A program made the position numbers and the translations under genes. Shown here one piece after another: positions 43,053-57,400 of a stretch of DNA of 64,000 nt. Positions within the stretch are counted from its first letter, which is position 1; each line of letters begins with the position of its first letter. The stretch comes from Macrostomum lignano. Lineage: Eukaryota. Under the pieces are notes generated by a model. That model searched no databases and was not told the DNA's origin. It was given only the letters and a program-made list of their open reading frames with translations. Where the stretch lies: contig NIVC01003934.1 of assembly GCA_002269645.1 (NCBI GenBank), positions 4,920 to 68,919 of the forward strand. Direction: 5' to 3'.

Positions 43053-43645
43053 TCTACGCCTTCTTACAAGCAATCAGAATTAACTTAACATGGAACTTGT
43101 CCCCTTGTCCTCTATTAATTTTGGAAAATGGTTATGAAACAATTGTCAAATTTTGTGCGCCAAAGAGGCTCGATAGTGTAAAGGGTAGGGTGGAGATGTT
43201 AGTACTGTATTTGATATAATTGATCAGTTTGACCTTGACCAATCACCCTATCACAGTTACCAACAAGCATGTCGATGATATAGCTATTTCTATTATAATA
43301 TTTTCGAAAAAATGTTGAAGACAAAATCTAGCAACTTTATATTTAATTTTTCTTAAGAAAACAGAGAAAAGTAGCAAGAATATTAATTTTATGATATTGC
43401 GAAGTGTATTTCTGCCAAAAAATGGCAAGAAAAAATTGGGACAAAATAAGGATGGAAGCGTCTTCGGTGGATGGAAGCCAAAATTAATTAAAAACAACTG
43501 AGCGCGCGAATTGCAGGAAATTGTTTTCAGATAAAAGCACAGATACCAGATTAACTAAATTACCTCCGCTTATCTACTCTTTTTCAGTAGCAAAGTTAGC
43601 ATTTTTTGTCTTTATATTAGCAAAATTAAATCTGACTGAAAATTA

Positions 43646-46418
<2,773 letters not shown>

Positions 46419-46534
46419 TTTAAAAATAAACATAAGACTGAAATATGCAGTAAAACTTAAAAAGCCAAAATCCTGTGTGTGCATAGCAAGGTGGCGCTCT
46501 AGCCCCCAGCCCAGCCAGGCCTATAAACGGTTTG

Positions 46535-46935
46535 GCTTTCCTCTAGCCCGCTTGAGTTGGTCTGACTTTGACCTCTCTCCCTACTGCTCTCTCATTGGCT
46601 GAGCTAACTTGGGCCTGCTCCCTAGGCTGGAGCTTCGTCCGTCTGACTTTGCCCTCTCTCCCTACTGTTCTCTCATTGGCTGAGCCAGATTGGGCCTGCC
46701 CGCTGGGCTGAGTTTCGTCCGTCTAACTTTGTCCTCTCTCATTGGCTGAGCCAGATTGGGCCAGCCCGCTGGGCTGAGCTCCGTCAGTCTGTCTGACTTT
46801 GACCTCTCCTTACTGCTCTCTCATTGGCTGAGCTAGATTAGGCCTGTCCCCTAGGTTGAGGTTCAGCTTTGTCCGTCTGACTTTGCCCTCTCTTCCTTAT
46901 TGCTCTCTCATTGGCTGAGCTACTCGTAGATTGGA
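46535..46935. repeat. Degenerate ~65-85-bp tandem repeat carrying five CTCATTGGCTGAGC (CCAAT) motifs
   Basis: Direct reading. Confidence 0.8.
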
Positions 46936-47412
46936 CCTGCTCCCCCGTCTTATGTTTATTTGTACATCGAGTTACATGATTGCTGTTCATTCTTATGCCC
47001 TGAGGCCGCAAATCCCAAAGGAAAGGAAATTTTAGCTGCCAAATAAAATTTAAGCGAGACTACGCAGAAAACCTACTGAAAAAGGGTAGACACTCTGCTT
47101 TTCATAGCATTAATTACGGGCGACTTATTCAGCTATTCTAGTATCTGTAAATACTCGTAAAAGCAAAAAAAGCTAGAAAAAAACTGCACAACAGCTGAAT
47201 CAACACACAACAACATATGTGAAAAAAAACAGAACTTGTAAATTCGATAAAGCTGACGGATTTCGTTAAAAACACGTACACAAGATTCGGCAGTGATTAC
47301 TGAAAATATTATAAAACCAATAAATTTGTCGGCTGCTTCCTGCAATCTTGTTATTATTTATTAAAATGCCCGGTAAACTGATAATTTGAAAAGGAACTTT
47401 CCGTTTTGCAAT

Positions 47413-48120
47413 TTATCCAGACTGGTTAGCACTATTTCCGACAAAAAATGGCAGCATTTGGTGCCCTCCAATGGCTGCTGTCGGTCCAGTTGTTAATCCG
47501 CGATAGTAAGACTGTGCCGCCATCATTGCCGGAGTCAGCTGCTGCTGCTGCTGCAGCATCGGGTGCAGCAATGATAACTGCTGTCGAGGATCAAACAGCA
47601 TTGGTGCCGGCAGTCCAAAGTACAAAACTTGTGTCGGAGACCAATAATAATTGAAATAGTTAGGCACGCAAGTCGATGCGGCACTGTTAGACACAACTAA
47701 ATTATTGTTATTAGCATCAACAACCGACAACGCAGCGTTGTCAGCAGTCGAGGTGACAGATTTCAACAATTTAATCCTAGGAGTAATTGCTTGACACTTG
47801 TTCGCAGTTGATGTAGTAGCAGATTCAGCAGCCAAATCCAGCGGGCCTGGGAATTTGCACCGCCTAATAATAGTCAATTTAGTACGCGAATGAAAGCAAT
47901 CAGCTCTCTGACAATAGTACAGCTTCTGTTCAATGCTCATTGAGGACCAACGTATTTTGGCACGATTCACTTCGCTACGCTTAGTAATTGGCATTATGTC
48001 AGGCGACAGTTTTGCGAGGCAATCGGATTTAAATAGGCGAAACGGCTTGGTTTGATAGCTGCTTAGGTAGCGGAGATCGTCTCTGTCCAGGCCTTTGACC
48101 AGACTGTCAATTGAAACCAT
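47413..48120 (-). CDS. Intronless divergent HMG-box protein with a Q/P/A-rich C-terminus (235 aa)
   Basis: KPFRLFKSD...AKIRWSSMSIEQKLYYCQRA fits HMG-box helices (PxxxF...W..MS.EQK..Y...A); ATG start and clean ORF. Family is not assignable. Confidence 0.7.
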   Translation of the reverse strand: MVSIDSLVKGLDRDDLRYLSSYQTKPFRLFKSDCLAKLSPDIMPITKRSEVNRAKIRWSSMSIEQKLYYCQRADCFHSRTKLTIIRRCKFPGPLDLAAESATTSTANKCQAITPRIKLLKSVTSTADNAALSVVDANNNNLVVSNSAASTCVPNYFNYYWSPTQVLYFGLPAPMLFDPRQQLSLLHPMLQQQQQLTPAMMAAQSYYRGLTTGPTAAIGGHQMLPFFVGNSANQSG

Positions 48121-48264
48121 TTTTAGTGTAGTTGTATGCTTTTTTTAACTGCAATGCTCGCAACTAACTACTGGTGTATGTAGATTTCAAATTCTGATCA
48201 GATGTTGATCTGAAAGGTGAAGATAATAAATTAATCCATAAATTTACAGAAACATGACTTTTAG

Positions 48265-48410
48265 CACACACACAAGCGCGCGGATACGTACGCGCAGTCA
48301 TACGCACAGGCACACACTCACACAGGAGTGTTACAGCGGCCCTCACTATATTTATCGTTAGGCATGTACACTTTACCGTGCCTTGGGGTTTGGCCTTTAA
48401 AGCCGTTAAC
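48265..48410 (-). repeat. Second copy of the unclassified dispersed repeat (see 14996-15125)
   Basis: Reverse-complement match. Confidence 0.8.
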
Positions 48411-49458
48411 AAACACTGCTCAAGTAAGAAGGGAAACTACGTTTCCTGGAAAATTTTAGGAGGCCGGTTTTTTTCTAAGAAATACACTACGGAGAAAGAA
48501 AATTTTCTTTTTCAGCACAAAAAACTGTCATTGCTTTCGACAGGAGGCAGACCCAATAATCATATTTTGATATGTTTTGCGTTTCTTATTGCTCTATTGA
48601 TATTCATAAAGATTTTTTGTTAAGCAAACCATGTTTATTTTTATTCTACGTACAACTGCACTTGTACTGGCTTAATAGTCATAAAAATGGCACGGCTCGG
48701 CTTATTGGTTTTAAGAAACTATTTTGTAATTCTTAGTGTACTGTGTAACGATATGTGTAACAAAGATAATAAAATAGATAAAGCCAATGAACCGAGCCTT
48801 GCTATGCATTTTTATGATTTTTTAGGTACATGGAATGTACGCAGACTAAAAAAATTAACATAGAATTTTAACTTTCTAAACGAGAAGCTCAATGAATATC
48901 TTATTTTACGGGGCATATTTAGACTTAAGGTTACTTTGCAGGGCAGTTCAAGCGGCTATTTATTTACAAAAATGAAGCAACAAGTTATTAACTGATTTTA
49001 CCGGAAACACAAACGCAAATTCATTGAGACTTCGTTGCACTTTTATTTGGTAAAGTTTCAACTTATAATTGATAAGTTACACTAATAATAATTACTAAAA
49101 TAAAATATGTATATATACTAATCATACATTAGCCTTATTTGCACAAGAAAGTATCTACAAATTAGCGTGTAAACTGTTTAATAATAATTGAGCAAAATAA
49201 AATTCGACTAACATTACTATGAAGATTATTGAATACAGTTAGCAAAATATTTGCAGCACCAGCTACACGAAAAAAGTAGGAAAATGGTAATTGAAAATGC
49301 AATTAGAAAAAAAGTTACAAAAAGCTTAAACTATAAAAATAGTTTTTTATCAACTGCAGACTGAAATTATGACTAAGTATTTGACAAAAACCTAAACATA
49401 AATTTGACTAAATTTGAGAATAATAAACGATTTGACATGTTTGACATCATCTCCCACT

Positions 49459-51158
49459 GGTCATAGGGTTGGTAATGACCTCACCTACTTGTCATTGGGT
49501 TGGTAATGACCTCACCTACTTGTCATTGGGTTGGTAATGACCTCACCTACTTGTCATTGGGATGGTAATGACCTCGCCTAATGGTCATTCGGGTGGTAAT
49601 GACCTTACCTAATGGTCATTCGGGTGGTAATGATCTCACCTAATGGTCATTCGGGTGGTAATGATCTCACCTAAAGGTCATTCGGGTGGTAATGATCTCA
49701 CCTAATGGTCATTGGGTTGGTAATGACCTCGCCTAATGGTCATTGGGATGGTAATGACCTTACCTAATGGTCATTCGGGTGGTAATGATCTCACCTAATG
49801 GTCATTCGGGTGGTAATGACCTTACCTAATGGTCATTCGGGTGGTAATGATCTCACCTAATGGTCATTGGGTTGGTAATGACCTCGCCTAATGGTCATTG
49901 GGATGGTAATGACCTCGCCTAATGGTCATTGGGATGGTAATGACCTCGCCTAATGGTCATTGGGATGGTAATGACCTCGCCTAATGGCATTCGGGTGGTA
50001 ATGACCTTACCTAATGGTCATTCGGGTGGTAATGATCTCACCTAATGGTCATTCGGGTGGTAATGATCTCACCTAATGGTCATTCGGGTGGTAATGATCT
50101 CACCTAATGGTCATTGGGTTGGTAATGACCTTACCTAATGGTCATTGGGTTGGTAATGATCTCACCTAATGGTCATTCGGGTGGTAATGATCTCACCTAA
50201 TGGTCATTGGGATGGTAATGATCTCACCTAATGGTCATTGGGTTGGTAATGACCTCGCCTAATGGTCATTGGGATGGTAATGACCTCGCCTAATGGTCAT
50301 TGGGATGGTAATGACCTTACCTAATGGTCATTCGGGTGGTAATGATCTCACCTAATGGTCATTCGGGTGGTAATGATCTCACCTAATGGTCATTCGGGTG
50401 GTAATGATCTCACCTAATGGTCATTCGGGTGGTAATGATCTCACCTAATGGTCATTGGGTTGGTAATGACCTCGCCTAATGGTCATTGGGATGGTAATGA
50501 CCTCGCCTAATGGTCATTGGGATGGTAATGACCTCGCCTAATGGTCATTGGGATGTGGTAATGACCTTACCTAATGGTCATTCGGGTGGTAATGATCTCA
50601 CCTAATGGTCATTCGGGTGGTAATGATCTCACCTAATGGTCATTCGGGTGGTAATGATCTCACCTAATGGTCATTGGGTTGGTAATGACCTCGCCTAATG
50701 GTCATTGGGATGGTAATGACCTCGCCTAATGGTCATTGGGATGGTAATGACCTCGCCTAATGGTCATTGGGATGGTAATGACCTCGCCTAATGGCATTCG
50801 GGTGGTAATGACCTTACCTAATGGTCATTCGGGTGGTAATGATCTCACCTAATGGTCATTGGGTTGGTAATGACCTCGCCTAATGGTCATTGGGTTGGTA
50901 ATGATCTCACCTAATGGTCATTGGGTTGGTAATGACCTCGCCTAATGGTCATTGGGTTGGTAATGACCTCGCCTAATGGTCATTGGGATGGTAATGACCT
51001 CACCTAATGGTCATTGGGATGGTAATGATCTCACCTAATGGTCATTGGGTTGGTAATGACCTCGCCTAATGGTCATTGGGTTGGTAATGACCTCGCCTAA
51101 TGGTCATTGGGTTGGTAATGACCTCACCTAATGGTCATTGGGTTGGTAATGACCTCAC
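49459..51158. repeat. 29-bp palindromic satellite, ~58 copies (ggtAATGACCtcgcctaatGGTCATTggat-type)
   Basis: Direct reading; 7-bp inverted repeat in each unit. Confidence 0.96.
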
Positions 51159-51404
51159 CATCTTAATTTGAAGAGTTAGACAGGGAAATACACACAAAAA
51201 AGATATTGTACAGAACAACACAAGACGATAAACAAGGTAAACAGATATATATTCCATGCCAGTCCCATAAATACAAAAAACACTTCCCTATGAAATATAC
51301 AATGATGAGTATAGTGCAAAAATACCAGCTACATGCACCAGAATAAATGAGAAAAAACTGGAAAAAAACTAGAATAACAATAGTCAGTGATATAATATTA
51401 CATT

Positions 51405-54400
51405 TTAATTACAAATCCTCGTCTTCATCGCTGTCCGCCCCCACAGCTCCTGGATGGTGGTCTGACGCTTGCGTTTTGCCTGCTCGCTCGATTGTTGTTG
51501 TTGCTGCTGTTGTTTCAATCGCGGGTTTAAAGCCACTCTGAGATCGACTTCGTGTTTTGGCAGGCCGTGTGTTATGCTCATGTCCGACAGGTTCTCACTG
51601 CTAGTTAGGTGCAGGGTCTGGCAAATGGAATAATGTTTTTATTTGTTTGGGATCTGAGGACACTGGGATCTGAGGACACTAGGATCTGAGGACACTGGGG
51701 TCTGAGGACACTGGGATCTGAGGACACTGGGGTCTGAGGACACTGGGATCTGAGGAAACTGGGATCTGAGGACACTCTGGGATCTGAGGACACTCTGGGA
51801 TCTGAGGACACTCTGGGATCTGACGACACTCTGGGATCTGAGGACACTCTGGGATCTGACGACACTCTGGGATCTGACGACACTCTGGGATCTGAGGACA
51901 CTCTGGGATCTGAGGACACTCTGGGATCTGAGGACACGCGATGAAATCGGATTTTGAGAACTGGAAATAAGATAGTACACGGTAAGACATGGATAATTAA
52001 AAAACTGAAGTGAAATAATCCACTGAAAAATATGGATAATTGAGACCGGAAGTAAGATAATCCGCTCAAAATATGGATAATGAAGACCGGAAGTAAGATA
52101 ATCCGCTCAAAATATGGATGATTAAGACCGGAAGTAAGATAATCCGCTTAAAATATGGATGATTAGGACCGGAAGTGAGATAATAAGCTAAAAATATGGA
52201 TTATTGAGACCGGAAGTGAGATAATAAGCTAAAAAATATAAATGATTGGGACCGAAAGTGAGATAATAAGCTAAAAAATATGGATTATTGAGACCGGAAG
52301 TGAGATAATAAGCTAAAAAATATGGATTATTGAGACTGGAAGCGAGATAATAAGCTAAAAAATATGGATGATTGAGACCGGAAGTGAGATAATCCGCTCA
52401 AAATAAGGATGATTGGGACCGAAAGTGAGATAATAAGCTAAAAAATATGGATGATTGAGACCGGAAGTGAGATAATCCGCTCAAAATAAGGATGATTGAG
52501 ACCGGAAGTGAGATAATACGTAGGCTGAAAAATATGGATAATAAAGACCGGAAGTGAGATAATCCGCTCAAAATATGGATGATTGAGACCGGAAGTGAGA
52601 TAATCCGCTCAAAATATGGATGATTGAGACCGGAAGTGAGATAATCCGCCGAAAATATGGATGATTGAGACCGGAAGTGAGATAATCCGCCGAAAATATG
52701 GATGATTGAGACCGGAAGTGAGATAATCCGCCGAAAATATGGATGATTGAGACCGGAAGTGAGATAATCCGCCGAAAATATGGATGATTGAGACCGGAAG
52801 TGAGATAATCCGCCGAAAATATGGATGATTGAGACCGGAAGTGAGATAATCCGCTCAAAATATGGATGATTGAGACCGGAAGTGAGATAATCCGCCGAAA
52901 ATATGGATGATTGAGACCGGAAGTGAGATGCGTTTGTTAGTCTTGTATACTACTTACAGTAGAAGAAAACACATGCAATCAATACTAACCTTCTCATTAG
53001 CCAGGTACAACAGACAGCTAAACACAATAGACACAGACAGATCCTGAGCAGTGGTTGCGCCAACTTTCGGCGGCAATTGTTGCAACAATCTGGCAAATGA
53101 TCTTTCGCCATTAAACAATGCCTCATTATTTGCATCGTTGTTGCCAACAATTTCGTCATCTTCTTGACTGTTTCGACGAGTTGAAGAGTCGTCCTGGCTG
53201 CACACTTCCATGGCTGTGACAGCAGAGGCGGGACCGCCGTCAGTTTCTAGCAATTGCCACATTGACCGCTTGAGGCGGCTGATGTTGATCCGCTTGGCAG
53301 TTTTAGCGTAGGCAATGTCCAATTGGTTCACCTGTGTTTTGTTGTAATGGGAGAAGGCATTTAAGGATATTGAAATAGTTGCAGTAAAATGAAATTTAGA
53401 ATACGCTCGTATCATTACAATTTGGGATCTGAGGACACACTGTGATCTGAGGACACTCTGTGATCTGAGGACACTATGGGATCTGAGGACACTATGGGAT
53501 CTGAGGACACTCTGGGATCTAAGGACACTATGGGATCTGAGGACACTCTGTGATCTGAGGACACTATGGGATCTGAGGACACTATGGGATCTGAGGACAC
53601 TATGGAATCTGAGGACACTCTGGAATCTGAGGACACTCTGGGATCTGAGAACACTCTGGGATCTAAGGACACTATGGGATCTGAGGACACTGTGGGATCT
53701 GAGGACACTATGGGATCTGAGAACACTCTGGGATCTGAGGACACTCTGGGATCTGAGGACACTCTGGGATCTGAGGACACTCTGGGATCTGAGGACACTC
53801 TGGGATCTAAGGACACTCTGGGATCTGAGGACACTCTGGGATCTGAGGACACTATGGGATCTGAGGGCACTATGGGATCTGAGAACACTCTGGAATCTGA
53901 GGACACTCTGTGATCTGAGGACACTATGGGATCTGAGGACACTCTGGGATCTGAGGACACTCTGGGATCTGAGGGCACTATGGGATCTGAGAACACTCTG
54001 GAATCTGAGGACACTCTGGGATCTGAGGACACTCTGGAATCTGAGAACACTCTGGGATCTGAGGACACTCTGGGATCTAAGGATGACGGAACATCCTAGG
54101 AACTTAGAAGACTGAATGTTTGAACAAAATCGCACCTTATAGGGGGCCTGCATCGGCTGCAGCTGCTGCGATCCAGGCACCTGAGACAACGGCAGTTGAG
54201 TAGCCTGCCCCACAGCCTGCGTGAAGGCATCGGCAAATGGCTGATCAACTGCCGTCAGTCCGCCGACAGGGTCCTGCTGCTGATCCGCGTCGTAAGCGGC
54301 CGCGTTGTCGTCGCCGAAATTGTTCAAATCGGCGTCATCGTCCAGATCGTGCGCGATAGCCGGGTCGACATTTTCATTGTCGTCAGCCTGCCCGACTGAC

Positions 54401-57400
54401 AATAGGGAGTCGTTGATCTGCGACTGGTTCTTGGCGTCCGCGTCTGATGAGGCCTGCGATAAAATCGGATTTTGAGAACTGGAAATAAGATAATCCACGG
54501 ATAGACATGGATAATTAAAAAACGGAAGTGAAATAATCCGCTGACAAAATATGGACTATTGAGACGGGAAGTGAGATAAGACCGCTGTGGTCATGTTCAC
54601 CAGCAGGACGAAATGGCAATTCCGCCATCTCACGCTCTACGGACAGGAAATCCCCTTCCGTAAGCAAGTCAAGTGTCTTGGGGTCACCCTTGATCACAGG
54701 CTGAACTGGTCCCCGTATTTTTATGCCAAGACTAAAAAGGCCTTCGCGATCCTGGCGCAACTGCGCAGGGCGGTTGGCACTACTTGGGGCCTTACCCCCA
54801 AACGCCTCTGGTGGATCTACACTGCTATGGTCAGGCCGGCGATCTCCTACGCCGGAGTGATCTGGGCGAGTGCCCTTAAGATTAAGACCTGCTTCGAGGC
54901 TCTTAAACGAGTGCAGGGGTGTGCATGTCGAATGATAATGAGCGCCCCGCCCTCTGCTCCATTCGACGGCCTCAACGCCTTCCTTGACCTGCCTCCGCTG
55001 GAAATTTTCGTCCGCAGTGAGGCGGCCAAGGCTGCCCGGCGTCTTATCAACACCGGCATTACTCTCAAGCCCCAGAGGGCAATGGCTAAGCGCAAGCTTC
55101 TGCCTCACTCCGACCTCTGTCTCAGAGATTTGCAGGAGAGTGGTGGTCTCAACGTCGTTTCGGACGGGGAACCCCGCACGCTCAACCTCTGTCTTCGATT
55201 CAAGGTCAGTCTTCCTCCCGAGAGGAGGCTAACGACCACTGGAATCCCCAGGAGGTCCACTGCTACAATGACGGATCCCTAAAAGACGGTCTCTCCGGCT
55301 TTGGGGTCTGCATTCTTATCAATGGCCGCGTGCTCGCCACGTATGCCCAGCACACTCGAAAACTCTCTACTGTCTTCCAGAACGAGGTCCTTGCTATTAG
55401 CTCTTGCTCAATACGCTGGGACGCAGAAATGCTGTCCTGCTCAAATGGATCCCTGGAAACGAGCTAGCCGACTCGCTAGCAAAGCAAGGGAGCGGCGGCT
55501 CCCTTCAGGGACCTCTGCCCTTGGCTCCAATCCCTGCGGCCACCATCATTCGTAGCATTGATGCCTGGGCCTCCGCCCTGCACAGGGACAGATGGATGAA
55601 CCTCACTACCTGCCGCCAATCGCGTGCGGCGGTCCCTCGTCCATCCCGAAAGCTCCGAACTGTCCTCCTGAACCAAAGCAGGAAGGACATCCGGGCTCTT
55701 GCTATGACCCTCACGGGGCATGGCTGCTTCGCTAGGCACTGCTTTCTGTGCCCATTTTGCGATTACGACAACGAAGACGCTCAGCATTTCGTTTGTCAAT
55801 TCCCGTTCTTTACCAGGAACCGGCTAAACTACATCGGTCCAAAACTATCTATTGATGACGTTTGTAGACCTGAGAACATCTTACGGCTCGTCCGGTCCCT
55901 TCGGGCAACTAGAGGAGCCTCTTTCTTCCCAAACGAAGAGAATGCTGCAGCACGTACTGGCGGACCACCCTGACCGGCCCCGCACCATTGCCGAAGCGGG
56001 TCACCAGGGTTTAGCGGAATGGGCGACTCTCGCCTTCCCGCTGCGTCTTCGGACTGTCCTGCAGCTAAGTCAAGTAAGTAAGTCAGAGATAATCTGCTCA
56101 AAAATATGGATAGTTGAGACCGGGAGTGAGATAATCCACTGAAAATATGGATAATTAAGACCGGAAGTGAGATAATCCACTGAAAAATATGGATAATAGA
56201 GACCGGGAGTGAGATAATCCACTGAAAAATATGGATAATAGAGACCGGGAGTGAGATAATCCACTGAAAAATATAGATAATAGAGACCGGGAGTGAGATA
56301 ATCCACTGAAAATATGGATAATTGAAACCGGAAGTGAGATAATCCACTGAAAAATATGGATAATAGAGACCGGGAGTGAGATAATCCACTGAAAAATATA
56401 GATAATAGAGACCGGAAGTGAGATAATCCACTGAAAAATATGGATAATAGAGACCGGGAGTGAGATAATCCACTGAAAAATATAGATAATAGAGACCGGA
56501 AGTGAGATAATCCACTGAAAAATATGGATAATTGAGACCGGGAGTGCGATAATCCACTAAAATATGGATAATAGAGACCGGAAGTGAGATAATCCACTAA
56601 AAATATGGATAATAGAGACCGGGAGTGAGACAATCAACTGAAAATATGGATAATTGAAACCGGAAGTGAGATAATCCACTGAAAAATATAGATAATAGAG
56701 ACCGGAAGTGAGATAATCCACTGAAAAATATGGATAATAGAGACCGGAAGTGAGATAATCCACTGAAAAATATGGATAATTGAGACCGGGAGTGCGATAA
56801 TCCACTAAAAATATGGATAATAGAGACCGGAAGTGAGATAATCCACTAAAAATATGGATAATAGAGACCGGGAGTAAGACAATTCGCTGAAAAATACAAG
56901 TAATAAAGAACCGGAAGTGAGATAATTAAAAAAACAGCCAAGACTCACACTCTGAAAGCAATGCCGATTATCTGCAATCAAATTTAACAGGTTCTGCCTG
57001 ACGCAACGACCAGCAAAGTCTCCAACTACGCCAGATTGAACAGGCGCAATCACGTGCGGCAAATTAAATTCCGATTGCATATGCCTGCTAATAACAGTGT
57101 CGGATAGCTTCAACCCGGATCTAGATAAAGCTAATTTCTTTCGCCAATCTGCAGGACTGTCAGTCAGCAACTGATCCATGGCGGCTTTGGCTGCTTGGCG
57201 TCGGCGAGCTGTAGAAGCGGCCGGAGCTGCGGCAGAGCAAGCCGCGCCTGCGATGGCGCCATCTTTAATTTTCTCTGCTGCCGCTGCCGCTTTCGATAAT
57301 AGCGCAGTTAATTTGCACTTTTTTCTCTTCCAATTAGCCGGGTCGGCGAATAGACGGAAGAATTCTCCGCCGGTAAGTCGGCCAACACCTCTGCCGCCGC

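Noticed and set aside
49459-51158. CRISPR-like palindromic repeat array
   Set aside because: Head-to-tail units with no unique spacers, no cas genes, and a eukaryotic context.
52954-54498. 514-aa single ORF
   Set aside because: Two real NCAPH exons joined by read-through of an 18-bp intronic repeat; splice sites exist at 54453, 54136, 53331 and 52990.
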